The notes: a model not told the origin generated them from the letters alone. 57,991 bases of DNA from a candidate division WWE3 bacterium UBA1397 (GCA_002305205.1 DBQJ01000021.1:6448-64438), one strand, 5' to 3'. Positions 29,824 to 39,687 are shown, counted from the stretch's first letter. Translations and numbers: made by a program.

Positions 29824-29930
29824 AAGGGACTACCTTCTTCGTAGCCCTAGCTTGTCAGCATTGAACCCTCGGAAAGGTAGCCCCTTCGTAGGTTCAATGC
29901 CTTTTAAGTCGGCGTGACTGACAAGCTAGG
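29824..29930 (-). ncRNA. Candidate structured leader RNA, copy 2
   Basis: Stems CCTAGCTTGTCA/TGACAAGCTAGG and GCATTGAACC/GGTTCAATGC; loop AAGGGGCTACCTTT pairs with GAAGGTAGTCCCTT before the ATG; TATAAT upstream. Confidence 0.75.
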
Positions 29931-30143
29931 TTTTTACTTCTCTGATTATATCGTCATTAGGCTATATAGCATAGGATTTTAATAAAATGTGTAAGGATTA
30001 CACCCTTTTTGCCTATTTAGCCTATTCAAAAATATAAGTGCAAAGTGTATGGATATAACCGGTTATGTGTATTTTGAGCCTCGAAAATTGAACTATCCCT
30101 ACCCCATACACCCCTAATTATTGTTACGATGTAAAATAAAACT

Positions 30144-31154
30144 ATGAAAACTGAATCTAGCAATGATTCGGTGTCTTGGAAAACGGACGCCGGAGAAGAT
30201 GGCACTCTGTTTCGAATGTGGAGATTCTTCTCAAATATCAGCGACAGCCTATTATTAAAAGTTGCAATCAACAAGGAGTTTGGTCAGGATGTCGGAGAAA
30301 TACGAGATAAGTTAAGTATTGATGTGACACGGCTGCGTTCACTTCTTTTGAAGAAGATTTCTAACCCTAGGGTTCTATATTATGCTTTACGCTATAAAAA
30401 CGACCTACCAAAAGACGAAAGTGGTTATGTTGAGGGAAACGAAAGCTATGAACAGGAATACGACGGATTGGGTGCAAAAGAACCTAGATATCTTAAAGAC
30501 ACCGATGCAGCCGCATTGTTACTAGGATTAAAAGAGTTAGGTGTCCTTGAAAAGGAGTATGTTTCGAAGAATGTTGAAGATGATGTAGCAAAGTTGCTGA
30601 AAAAATACCATTTAAGTTATAGGTACTTTCGTCGTGTAGAGAGTATAGTTTTGTATAACGATTTCCCACCTGTACCTGCTTTGTGGGATATGGACTATAG
30701 AGATTTTGTAGGTGATGACTTAACAAAAGAGGACCGCAAAAAATTAGAACCGTTGCTCAAGAATATGGATAAAGAGTTTAAGGCGACGCTAGATACAGAG
30801 GTTTACCGAACGCCCGTTACTTACTTTGATAAGGATAAAAAATGCGTTGTTGTTGAGATATATCCGGACACTTCTTTAGAGCTATTCAAAAGTAAAAATT
30901 ACAAATCTAAACTATTAGAGTTTCAGAAATTACTTTTAGGTTATAGATACACAGATATTAGTTACGATGGCTATGCCGATGCTCTTTACTATTACTTTAC
31001 AACATATAAACATATGAGCCAGAAAGAGGCTTTGTCAAAGATGAAGAAAATCTATGGTCGTAAATATGTTAAGGGTTTTGATAGCGAGGTGACGGCGAGA
31101 GCAAGTACAAGAAAACGCCGATTTGAAAAATACGCTAAAGACATAAGTGAGTAA
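30144..31154 (+). CDS. Hypothetical protein (element backbone, basic C-terminus, possible regulator)
   Basis: 336 aa ORF. Confidence 0.65.
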   Translation: MKTESSNDSVSWKTDAGEDGTLFRMWRFFSNISDSLLLKVAINKEFGQDVGEIRDKLSIDVTRLRSLLLKKISNPRVLYYALRYKNDLPKDESGYVEGNESYEQEYDGLGAKEPRYLKDTDAAALLLGLKELGVLEKEYVSKNVEDDVAKLLKKYHLSYRYFRRVESIVLYNDFPPVPALWDMDYRDFVGDDLTKEDRKKLEPLLKNMDKEFKATLDTEVYRTPVTYFDKDKKCVVVEIYPDTSLELFKSKNYKSKLLEFQKLLLGYRYTDISYDGYADALYYYFTTYKHMSQKEALSKMKKIYGRKYVKGFDSEVTARASTRKRRFEKYAKDISE

Positions 31155-31274
31155 TCTACCTAACGCCAGCGATAACCTACAGCGTTAGCATTTTTCCCTA
31201 TTCCATAGTGCTACTCTAAAAATTGCTAGAAAAGTTTTCACCGCCTGGGGGTTGTGGTAACACAAAGCGGGTTT

Positions 31275-31303
31275 GACCGACCTCCCCCAGGGGTCGGTTT
31301 TTT
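31275..31303 (+). terminator. Intrinsic terminator-like hairpin upstream of the rep operon
   Basis: GACCGACC/GGTCGGTT stem plus T-run; loop complementary to 31244-31251. Confidence 0.55.
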
Positions 31304-31315
31304 ATAAGCAAAAAT

Positions 31316-31492
31316 ATGAGCGAAAAAGCAAATGTACAAAAAAAGAATAAGGAAAATGATACGCAAATTGTAAGTGACCAAGATATGGCTGAATACCTTC
31401 GACAGTTTGCCGCTTTTTTACTAACGGTATTTTCTGAAAATAAAATTATTTCTGGGGGTCGCTATGGCGAATGCGAAACAAATAAAAAATGA
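31316..31492 (+). CDS. Small unannotated protein (58 aa)
   Basis: DQDMAEYLRQFAAFLL is homologous to the 14671 ORF. Confidence 0.6.
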   Translation: MSEKANVQKKNKENDTQIVSDQDMAEYLRQFAAFLLTVFSENKIISGGRYGECETNKK

Positions 31493-32348
31493 GGAAAACC
31501 TTTTATCTGATTGGATAGCATTTCCCAGAAAAATCTCAAGTATGTACAAGAATGGTGAGATAAACAGACCGGAGTACCTTGTTTGTTTACACTTACGGCT
31601 TCAAGCTAATCCCTATGGAATAAGCTCTACTTGCCTAGAGGCAATAAGAAATGATGTGTTTGGAAAGAGTACGGGTCATAAAGGTGTAACTCTAAATTAT
31701 GTAAATAAAATACTACTTTCCTTAAAGCGTAAGAGGATGTTGTACTATCAAGACAGGGCTGGGAGGTCAGGTTCGTTTGAGATTCGCTTTGCCGATTTTA
31801 TTGACCCTAACAAGAACATTACTGATATAAAACACCTATTTGAAAGTGACTATAGTAAGAGAAGTAGCACACCTTTGAGAGTATCCGTATCAGAGGTTAC
31901 TGCAGAACTCAAAGAAGAAAATCAGAGGTTTGAAAATCCAATAAATGAGGGGGTGAAAACTAACGAAGATGTTGGTGCAAAGGGAATAATCACAGGTTAT
32001 AATAATGATACCGATATACAAAACAAGATTGAAAATACCGATATATCGGTTTCTTATAAAAAGGGAGATGGGGAAAAACCACTACCCGAGTATGTGTGTA
32101 GAAACCCAACCGATAGTTTCGCACCGAACGGGTATGAGGAAAACACAGCTAAAGAAATTGCGGGTGGGATTGGCGAAAAATGTATGGACCGATACCTAGC
32201 CCTTATACGGAAGGGTCAGTTTGGTGTTTTGGAAAAAGCGTTTGGAGAGTTTAAGGAAGACTTGGAGAATGGAAAAAACCCTAGTGATAAGCCCGCTTAC
32301 CTTAACAGCATAATTACAAGAATGCTTAAAGAAAAAATTGGAAAATAG
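31464..32348 (+). CDS. Putative phage-type replication initiator
   Basis: Clear homolog of 14771-15658. Confidence 0.6.
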   Translation: MANAKQIKNEENLLSDWIAFPRKISSMYKNGEINRPEYLVCLHLRLQANPYGISSTCLEAIRNDVFGKSTGHKGVTLNYVNKILLSLKRKRMLYYQDRAGRSGSFEIRFADFIDPNKNITDIKHLFESDYSKRSSTPLRVSVSEVTAELKEENQRFENPINEGVKTNEDVGAKGIITGYNNDTDIQNKIENTDISVSYKKGDGEKPLPEYVCRNPTDSFAPNGYEENTAKEIAGGIGEKCMDRYLALIRKGQFGVLEKAFGEFKEDLENGKNPSDKPAYLNSIITRMLKEKIGK

Positions 32349-32354
32349 TTTTAT

Positions 32355-33890
32355 ATGTATGGTTTAGAAGAACTAAAACCAAAAATAGGAACAAGATTAA
32401 AAGCCGTCGATTACGAGCGTGTAAGCACGCCTGGTCAGGTAATAAACGGGCATTCGATGGAAGTGCAAAGAAAACTTTTTACAACTCTAGTAGAGCAACA
32501 CGATATTGAAGTTCTCAAAACTTTTGAGGACCCAGGGAAATCTGCCAGAAATCTTAATCGAAGGGACATTGAGGAGCTTATGGATTTTTGTGATGACAAC
32601 TCTGACCTTTTGGATGTTGTTTTTGTGCAGGATACCTCAAGGCTTTGTAGAAATGTAGCCGACCATTTAGCCTTAAAAGCATTTCTGAAAAAAAGAGATA
32701 TAAAACTCATCCCGCTTGATGGTTACTTTGGCGATTCTGATGAGGGTGAGTTTGCGGATATTGTTGTTGCAGCAATTAACCAGCTTGAAAGTAGAAGAAC
32801 AGGTAAGAAAACAAAGCGTGTAATGCTAGCACTCGCAGAAAAGGGTTTGAAACCAGGAATGGCTCCACTTGGCTACCTAAACTCCTATCAAAAGGATGTT
32901 CCGATTAAACCAGACCCCGAAAAGAAGCATTTTATTTACTGTATTTATGAGATGTGGCTAACCGGAAGCTACTCTGTAAAAGCAATCGCTGATATCCAAT
33001 TTGAAAAGGGCTTTCGTTCTAAAGAAGGTAAGCAAGTTCAAAAAAATACGATAACAAATATCCTAAAAAATATACTCTATGCTGGTGGATTATTTTACGA
33101 CGGAATAAAATATGAAAAAGCGATGCACGAAGGTATAGTTCCTTTGGATTGGCATTACCGTTCTCTTGCTATGTTTGAAAAGAAAAACAAAGGTGCAAAT
33201 CGAAATAGAAAATATGTAACGCTGTTAGCCGGATATGCCACTTGTCTGAAGTGTGGAAATCAAATGTTTGGTGAATATCATCCAAAAGGTAATTATTATC
33301 GCTGTCAGCATTGTGCAAAAACTAATGTTTCCCTTGAAGATGCCGACGATAAAGTTTCAGCCTTCTTTCACGGAACCGTATTTACAGAAGAAGCCTTGCG
33401 TAAGTTAAGGGATGCGCTCTACGAGGTCAAAAAGGACCAAGGCTCGAGTGTTCCAGAACAGCTAAAGACTTTAAGGCAACGAAGGGACGCTCTGGACAAG
33501 AAAATGCGAGTAATTGAGGACAAGATGTTCTCCGGTGATGAGTTAGTGGATTCTGAACGCTTAAAAGGTAGATATCAGCCACTAAAGGATGAGTTGAGGA
33601 TTGTGGAAGGTCAAATTAAAGACCTAGATAAGCCTTCTACCAATCTTAAAGATTCCGAGATTGAGAAGATTATCAAAGGTTTGAGAAACATTGGTGACCT
33701 TTACGATGCAATGACCAAGCCACAACGAAAGCAGTTTATAAGGTTTTTTATCTCAAAAGCATTTCTGGAGAAGGAGCGGGTTGTAACGAGTTTTGAGTTC
33801 GTACCAGAGTTTGAGGCTTTAGTTACAAGGGATTTAGTTCGTATAAGGGCTAATTGGCTCCCCCGCGTGGATTCGAACCACGAACCTTGA
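32355..33890 (+). CDS. Large serine recombinase of element C; 3' end antisense to tRNA-Asn
   Basis: Close homolog of 15683; ends NWLPRVDSNHEP inside the tRNA. Confidence 0.95.
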   Translation: MYGLEELKPKIGTRLKAVDYERVSTPGQVINGHSMEVQRKLFTTLVEQHDIEVLKTFEDPGKSARNLNRRDIEELMDFCDDNSDLLDVVFVQDTSRLCRNVADHLALKAFLKKRDIKLIPLDGYFGDSDEGEFADIVVAAINQLESRRTGKKTKRVMLALAEKGLKPGMAPLGYLNSYQKDVPIKPDPEKKHFIYCIYEMWLTGSYSVKAIADIQFEKGFRSKEGKQVQKNTITNILKNILYAGGLFYDGIKYEKAMHEGIVPLDWHYRSLAMFEKKNKGANRNRKYVTLLAGYATCLKCGNQMFGEYHPKGNYYRCQHCAKTNVSLEDADDKVSAFFHGTVFTEEALRKLRDALYEVKKDQGSSVPEQLKTLRQRRDALDKKMRVIEDKMFSGDELVDSERLKGRYQPLKDELRIVEGQIKDLDKPSTNLKDSEIEKIIKGLRNIGDLYDAMTKPQRKQFIRFFISKAFLEKERVVTSFEFVPEFEALVTRDLVRIRANWLPRVDSNHEP

Positions 33891-33929
33891 AGTTAACAGC
33901 TTCCTGCTCTACCGTTGAGCTACAGGGGA
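33855..33929 (-). tRNA. tRNA-Asn (GTT), integration target
   Basis: Cloverleaf TCCCCTG...CGGGGGA GCCA; anticodon loop CTGTTAA. Confidence 0.97.
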
Positions 33930-33983
33930 ATAATGGCTTTTGCATGTTATCACAGGATTAATATGTGTTCAACGATTCAATAC

Positions 33984-34850
33984 TTACTCCGTTTTATTTT
34001 CTATACCTATACTCTTTTTTAATACGTAAACGGAGATTAATAAATTCAAAAATAATACTAAGAGCATAAAATAACCTATATTTATACCACTAAGAACATA
34101 CAAAACATAAAGTATTAAGGGTATGGTAGAAGTGTGTGCTGTAATCTGAAAAGACTCTTTATAACTGATCTTATTCTTCACTATAGTAGCTATAAATAAA
34201 AACAATAAGGATACAGCCGGGAAATAAAATAAACAGTATATGGATATTAGTATGAAGGAAATGATTAAAGCAACAGGTACTATAGCAATAAGAAATACAG
34301 TTACATAAATTTTGGCATTATCTATGTATTTACTAATCCCTTCTTTATTTATCTCGCTGTCAGGCATATTTTCTACAGGATATGCTCTTATACCCTCTGT
34401 ATCCCTATATATAACATTTACATCGTTGACTAATACTAATGTTTTCATATTTTCTAAATCTTCTATCACACCGTTTCTATAGAAAACAACCGAATTTTTT
34501 ATCTCAGTATTTATACCTTCTTTACTTTCATAACGTTTCATTTCCTCAGGAATAGGTATATAGAAAGGGTCGGGTTTGTTTAATTCCCATTTCCCATCCT
34601 TTATCTTAAGAACAAAATCATCGGGTACTGATTTACTTACATTCAATAAAACTTTATCCAAAGTTTTTTTTAGATTAGGTATGGTAAAACCCAATCTGAT
34701 GGAAAAGATAAGAGAAATGAAGAAAATTAAAAACAGCAGATATTTAATAGAAAATCCTACATTTGTTCTAATCAAATCTCTGTAATAAATTGGACTAGTA
34801 CAGCTTTTCTTGAATACATAAATAAAAGCCTTTATCTTTCTCATAGGCAA
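33984..34850 (-). CDS. DUF1189-like membrane protein
   Basis: TM, ectodomain, multi-TM layout. Confidence 0.65.
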   Translation of the reverse strand: MPMRKIKAFIYVFKKSCTSPIYYRDLIRTNVGFSIKYLLFLIFFISLIFSIRLGFTIPNLKKTLDKVLLNVSKSVPDDFVLKIKDGKWELNKPDPFYIPIPEEMKRYESKEGINTEIKNSVVFYRNGVIEDLENMKTLVLVNDVNVIYRDTEGIRAYPVENMPDSEINKEGISKYIDNAKIYVTVFLIAIVPVALIISFILISIYCLFYFPAVSLLFLFIATIVKNKISYKESFQITAHTSTIPLILYVLYVLSGINIGYFMLLVLFLNLLISVYVLKKSIGIENKTE

Positions 34851-34878
34851 ATTATATCAGAGTTTGCTTTCTTTTATA

Positions 34879-34898
34879 ATATAGACTACTATCTATAT
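34879..34898. promoter_or_regulatory. Operator palindrome ATATAGA-N6-TCTATAT of the suf operon
   Basis: Inverted repeat overlapping TATAAT, just before the ArsR-family gene. Confidence 0.55.
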
Positions 34899-34901
34899 GT
34901 T

Positions 34902-35207
34902 ATGAATAAAAATAATAAAAAACAAAGTGAAAATACATCCTCATACTGCACTAAATGCTTCGGGTCTCTAGGTGTAGCATCCAGGATGAAGATATACCTT
35001 TTTATAAAAAAATCAGGAAAATCGGATGTAAATCGTATAGTAAAACATATAAACCTTAGACAACCTACTGTATCTTACCACCTTAAAGATATGAAAATAC
35101 TCGGTCTTTTGAACAGTGTGAGAAAAGGGAAAAGGATATATTACTCAATTAATAAGAATTGTCCTATCAATCACTCACATTGTGTATTAGGGGATTTAAA
35201 TATTTAA
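34902..35207 (+). CDS. ArsR-family regulator heading the suf operon
   Basis: RQPTVSYHL and IYYS motifs, extra Cys residues. Confidence 0.85.
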   Translation: MNKNNKKQSENTSSYCTKCFGSLGVASRMKIYLFIKKSGKSDVNRIVKHINLRQPTVSYHLKDMKILGLLNSVRKGKRIYYSINKNCPINHSHCVLGDLNI

Positions 35208-35208
35208 T

Positions 35209-35919
35209 ATGCTTAAAGTAAAAGAACTATCAGTAGAAATAGAAAATAATCTAATATTAAATAACATTAATCTTGAGATACCTGACGGAGAAATACATGT
35301 TCTTATGGGCAAGAACGGTTCCGGTAAAAGCACATTAGCTCAAACGATAATGGGAAATCCCATGTGTAAGATATCCTCAGGAGAAATATATTTCAAAGGT
35401 AAAAATATATCTGATCTAAATACTGAGAATAGGGCAAAGCAAGGGATATTTTTATCATTCCAAAACCCCATAGAAATACCGGGGGTAAATATATTTGGAT
35501 ATCTCCGTACTATTTATAATCAAACACATGAGAATAAACTATCTCCCGTAAAATTTAGAGAACATACTAAAAAATATCTGGAAATGCTTGATTTAAAAGA
35601 TGATATATACAATCGTTTCCTAAATGAAGGTTTTTCCGGAGGAGAGAAGAAAAAACTGGAACTTCTTCAATGTTTAGTATTAGAACCCAGACTAATCATC
35701 CTAGATGAAATTGACAGCGGTTTGGATGTGGAGGCATTAAAAATAATCGGGGAGGTATTGAATAGAATAGAAAATACTACAATATTAATAATTACCCATT
35801 ATGCCAGAATATTGAAATATTTATCCCCTTCCCGAGTGCATATTATGAGCGAAGGGACAATAATAAAGAGCGGAGACATCAATCTAATTGATCAGATAGA
35901 GGAAAAAGGATTTAAATAA
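35209..35919 (+). CDS. sufC: Fe-S assembly ATPase SufC
   Basis: [16 protein letters not shown] and DEIDSGLD motifs. Confidence 0.95.
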   Translation: MLKVKELSVEIENNLILNNINLEIPDGEIHVLMGKNGSGKSTLAQTIMGNPMCKISSGEIYFKGKNISDLNTENRAKQGIFLSFQNPIEIPGVNIFGYLRTIYNQTHENKLSPVKFREHTKKYLEMLDLKDDIYNRFLNEGFSGGEKKKLELLQCLVLEPRLIILDEIDSGLDVEALKIIGEVLNRIENTTILIITHYARILKYLSPSRVHIMSEGTIIKSGDINLIDQIEEKGFK

Positions 35920-37256
35920 TGCCGGGGGAAGCAAGAAGGGGATTAAGCAGACAAGTAGTAGAAGAGATATCGTCATTGAAAAATGAACCAAAGTGGATGA
36001 GAGATTATAGACTGAAATCATTTGCATATTTTACAGAGAAAGAAATTCCAGATTGGGGTCCTGATTTATCTAAAGTAGATTTTAACGATATCTGTTATTA
36101 TCTAAAACCACTGGATAAAGAGAAAAGAGATTGGAACGAAGTACCGGAGAAGATAAAAAAAACATTTGAAGTATTAGGCATTCCACAGGCTGAAAGAGAT
36201 TATCTGGCAGGTGTAAAAGCCCAGTATGATTCTGAAGTTGCATATTCCTCACTGCAAAAGGAAGCTGAGGAAGAGGGTGTAATTTTTTTATCAATGGATC
36301 AGGCATTAAAAAAATACCCCTCTTTAGTACAGGAGCATTTTGGAAAATTAATTCCTTTCTCAGATAATAAATTCTCTGCTTTAAATAGTGCTGTTTGGTC
36401 CGGAGGTTCTTTTGTATATATTCCCAAGGGAGTAAAAGTAAAAAGACCATTGCAGGCATACTTCCGTCTTAATGCCAGGAATATGGGTCAGTTTGAAAGG
36501 ACATTGATAATTGCCGATGAGAATTCCTTTGCTCATTACATAGAAGGATGTACAGCCCCCGTTTACTCTGCTGATTCCCTGCATGCTGCAGTAGTAGAAG
36601 TTTATGTAAAGAAAAATGCCCGTTTAAGATACACAACAATACAGAATTGGTCAGGTGATGTTTATAACTTAGTGACTAAGAGAGCCGGAGTGGAAGAAAA
36701 TGGTGTAATGGAATGGGTTGATGGAAATTTAGGTTCAAGAGTAACAATGAAATACCCCTCGTGTTATTTAATAGGAAAAGGCGCAAGAGGCGAAATGCTT
36801 TCTTTGTCCTATGCAGGAGAAAATCAGAATCAAGATGCCGGAGCAAAGATGGTTCATTTAGCACCAAATACCTCATCAATAATAGTATCCAAATCAGTAT
36901 CTCAAAAAGGAGGTGTATCCAGCTATAGAGGTTTAGTTGAGATGTCCCCAATAGCATACAATTCCAAATCTCATGTTGAGTGCGATGCACTTATTCTTGA
37001 TTCAAAGTCCTTTTCTAATACTTATCCTGTAATGAGAAATAATAACAATACATCTTATATAGAACACGAAGCTTCCGTAAGCAAAGTATCGGATGAAAAA
37101 ATATTTTATTTAATGAGCAGGGGTTTGAGTAAATCCGAAGCTATGGGACTTATTGTTTCGGGATTTATTGAACCCATTATAAAAGATCTTTCCATGGAAT
37201 ATGCAGTAGAACTAAATAATCTAATTAATATGGAAATGGAAGGAAGTGTAGGATGA
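35919..37256 (+). CDS. sufB: Fe-S assembly protein SufB
   Basis: [17 protein letters not shown] and TMKYPSC motifs. Confidence 0.96.
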   Translation: MPGEARRGLSRQVVEEISSLKNEPKWMRDYRLKSFAYFTEKEIPDWGPDLSKVDFNDICYYLKPLDKEKRDWNEVPEKIKKTFEVLGIPQAERDYLAGVKAQYDSEVAYSSLQKEAEEEGVIFLSMDQALKKYPSLVQEHFGKLIPFSDNKFSALNSAVWSGGSFVYIPKGVKVKRPLQAYFRLNARNMGQFERTLIIADENSFAHYIEGCTAPVYSADSLHAAVVEVYVKKNARLRYTTIQNWSGDVYNLVTKRAGVEENGVMEWVDGNLGSRVTMKYPSCYLIGKGARGEMLSLSYAGENQNQDAGAKMVHLAPNTSSIIVSKSVSQKGGVSSYRGLVEMSPIAYNSKSHVECDALILDSKSFSNTYPVMRNNNNTSYIEHEASVSKVSDEKIFYLMSRGLSKSEAMGLIVSGFIEPIIKDLSMEYAVELNNLINMEMEGSVG

Positions 37257-37879
37257 AAATAGAAACTATTAATATAAATAATAATATAAATACATACAAA
37301 GCGACTGAAGACACCCAATATATATTACAAATGGATACAAGTAATAATAAATATAAATCAATTAATGAAATATCTATAGATTTTATACTGGCAAAAGAAG
37401 ATGTAAATCTACAAATAATTGGGCCTATGATTATTCGAGAAGAGCAGAATATAAAAATAAGTATTCAGGTAAAACATATGGTTCCCAATACATCATGTGA
37501 AGTTTTAATTAAGTCAGTAATATTTCCTCACTCTTCATTGGATTTTCTGGGAAGAATATATATAGACAATCATTCTAGAAATACAACTGCTTCCCTCAAA
37601 GATAACTCTCTTTTGATAGGCGAAGGAGCTAGGAAATACTCCAGACCTGTATTGGAAATACATAACAATGAGGTAAAAGCATCCCACGGCTCTGCATCAG
37701 GAAATATTGATCCTCTTTCTTTATATTATTTACAAAGCAGGGGATTAAACAAGTCTCAGTCGGAGAATATTCTAATAGAAGGTTTTCTTGATGATTTGAT
37801 AAATAGAATAAACGATAGAGGTATTAGAGATAAGTTAATAAAAGAGTTAAAATTCAAGGAGAAAGAACCAATTATATGA
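37253..37879 (+). CDS. sufD: Short SufD-like protein
   Basis: P.LEI...V.ASHG...LYYLQSRG motif. Confidence 0.85.
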   Translation: MKIETININNNINTYKATEDTQYILQMDTSNNKYKSINEISIDFILAKEDVNLQIIGPMIIREEQNIKISIQVKHMVPNTSCEVLIKSVIFPHSSLDFLGRIYIDNHSRNTTASLKDNSLLIGEGARKYSRPVLEIHNNEVKASHGSASGNIDPLSLYYLQSRGLNKSQSENILIEGFLDDLINRINDRGIRDKLIKELKFKEKEPII

Positions 37880-39090
37880 AAGATGTTAGAAAAGACTTTC
37901 CAATACTAAATAGAACGGTTAACGGTAGCCCTTTGATTTATCTAGATAATGCAGCTACATCTCAGAAACCTAAAGAAGTAGTAGATAAGATAGTAGAATA
38001 TTATTATAAATATAATTCTAATGTACATAGAGGAATACATACATTGAGTGAAGAATCAACAGAGATGTATGAAGGAGCAAGAAAATTGATTTCTGATTTT
38101 ATAGGGGCTGATAACCCAAGAGAAATATTATTTACCAAGGGTACAACAGAATCCCTCAATAGAATAGCTGAAAGATGGGTTCCGGCAAATTTAAAAAGGG
38201 GAGATGTAATATTGTTAAGTGATCTTGAACATCACAGTAATATAATTCCATGGCAGAAGGCTGCGGAAAGGATAGGAGCAGAAATTAATTATATTAATAC
38301 TGATGATAATGGAGAAATAACCATAGAAGAAGTAAAGAAGATGATAAGTGACAAGGTTAAGTTGATATCCATTTCCCATGCATCAAATGTATTAGGGACA
38401 ATAGTTCCAATAAAAGAAATATGCAAATTAGCACATGATAAGGGTATATATGTTTGTGTAGACGGCGCACAGGCAGCCCCCCATCTTAAAATTAATGTTC
38501 AGTCCCTGGGTTGTGATTTCTATGCGTTTTCTTCACATAAAATGCTTGGTCCTATGGGAGTGGGAGTCCTATGGGCTAAAGAAAAAATATTAAAGGAATT
38601 AGAGCCCTATGAATATGGAGGGGGTATGATAGATGAAGTATCTTTTAAAAATGCTGCTTGGGCGGAAATTCCAATTAGATTTGAAGCCGGCACACCTAAT
38701 GTATCCGGAGCAGTAGGTTTAGGAGCCGCAGTAACTTATTTATCCAATATTGGTATGGATAATATCAGAAATCATGAAATAGAGTTAAGCAAATATCTAC
38801 TGGAAGGGCTGAAAGAAATTAAAGGCATAAATATAATTGGTCCCAGAGAAGCTGATAAAAGAACCGGATTAATATCGTTCTATTTTTTAAATATACACTC
38901 TCATGATATTGCTTCGGTGTTAAATACATTGGGTATAGCTGTAAGATCGGGTTACCACTGTGCTATGCCTTTACACAATAAATTAAACATACCTTCAACT
39001 GTTAGAGTTAGTTATTACCTTTATAATACAAAGGAAGAGCTGAATACTTTACTCAATGGTATAAAGAAAGCACTAGATATTTTATCTTAA
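37876..39090 (+). CDS. sufS: Cysteine desulfurase SufS
   Basis: YLDNAATSQKP, SSHKMLGP and RSGYHCA motifs. Confidence 0.96.
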   Translation: MKDVRKDFPILNRTVNGSPLIYLDNAATSQKPKEVVDKIVEYYYKYNSNVHRGIHTLSEESTEMYEGARKLISDFIGADNPREILFTKGTTESLNRIAERWVPANLKRGDVILLSDLEHHSNIIPWQKAAERIGAEINYINTDDNGEITIEEVKKMISDKVKLISISHASNVLGTIVPIKEICKLAHDKGIYVCVDGAQAAPHLKINVQSLGCDFYAFSSHKMLGPMGVGVLWAKEKILKELEPYEYGGGMIDEVSFKNAAWAEIPIRFEAGTPNVSGAVGLGAAVTYLSNIGMDNIRNHEIELSKYLLEGLKEIKGINIIGPREADKRTGLISFYFLNIHSHDIASVLNTLGIAVRSGYHCAMPLHNKLNIPSTVRVSYYLYNTKEELNTLLNGIKKALDILS

Positions 39091-39094
39091 AATT

Positions 39095-39460
39095 ATGCAT
39101 GATATAAAAAGAGATGAGATTATGGATTTGTATAAGAACCCTCATAACAAAGGTTATATGAGCAAGCCCACAGTCTCAGTATCCAAGAAAAATCCTATGT
39201 GTGGAGATGAGGTCAATCTACAGTTGAAGATTGATAATGGAATAATTACTGATGCTAAGTTTGATGGAAATGCCTGTTCCGTAAGTATAATTTCATCCTC
39301 TGTTCTTACGGATTATATAATTGGTAAATCTATAAATGAAGTTAAAAAGATAAAGAAGAACGATTTGTTAAAATTAATAGACATGAATTTATCTACCAGT
39401 AGAATATCGTGTGCCTCAGTAGTATTTTCTGCATTACAAAATGCATTGGAGGATTTATGA
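39095..39460 (+). CDS. sufU: SufU/IscU-type scaffold
   Basis: NPMCGD, ACS and R..CA motifs. Confidence 0.9.
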   Translation: MHDIKRDEIMDLYKNPHNKGYMSKPTVSVSKKNPMCGDEVNLQLKIDNGIITDAKFDGNACSVSIISSSVLTDYIIGKSINEVKKIKKNDLLKLIDMNLSTSRISCASVVFSALQNALEDL

Positions 39461-39669
39461 ATATAGATAAGAATACAAACTTAGGAGAATTGATTAAGGA
39501 ACACCCCGAGACAGTAGAAATATTTATGGATTATGGTATGCATTGTGTGGGATGTGTTGCCAGTGCTTACGATACAATAGAACAGGGAGCAAAAGTACAT
39601 GGGTTAAGCGATGAAGATATTGAGGAAATGGTTCAGAGACTAAAAGAAGTAATTAGATATAAAGAGTAA
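39457..39669 (+). CDS. DUF1858 domain protein
   Basis: HPET...GMHCVGC...TIEQGAKVHG. Confidence 0.85.
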   Translation: MNIDKNTNLGELIKEHPETVEIFMDYGMHCVGCVASAYDTIEQGAKVHGLSDEDIEEMVQRLKEVIRYKE

Positions 39670-39687
39670 TTATTTTAGGAGGATATT

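Larger units (their letters stand above)
25649..33863 (+). mobile_element. Integrative element C (tRNA-proximal)
   Basis: Bounded by ATTGGCTCCCC at 25649 and 33853; ArsR cluster, Rep-like gene and LSR homologous to element A. Confidence 0.88.

Noticed and set aside
14771..33852. Assembly duplication of the rep-integrase genes
   Set aside because: The copies differ throughout, with many synonymous and amino-acid changes.
10306..33863. Intact prophage or conjugative element
   Set aside because: No capsid, portal, tail, lysis, relaxase or T4SS genes recognised.
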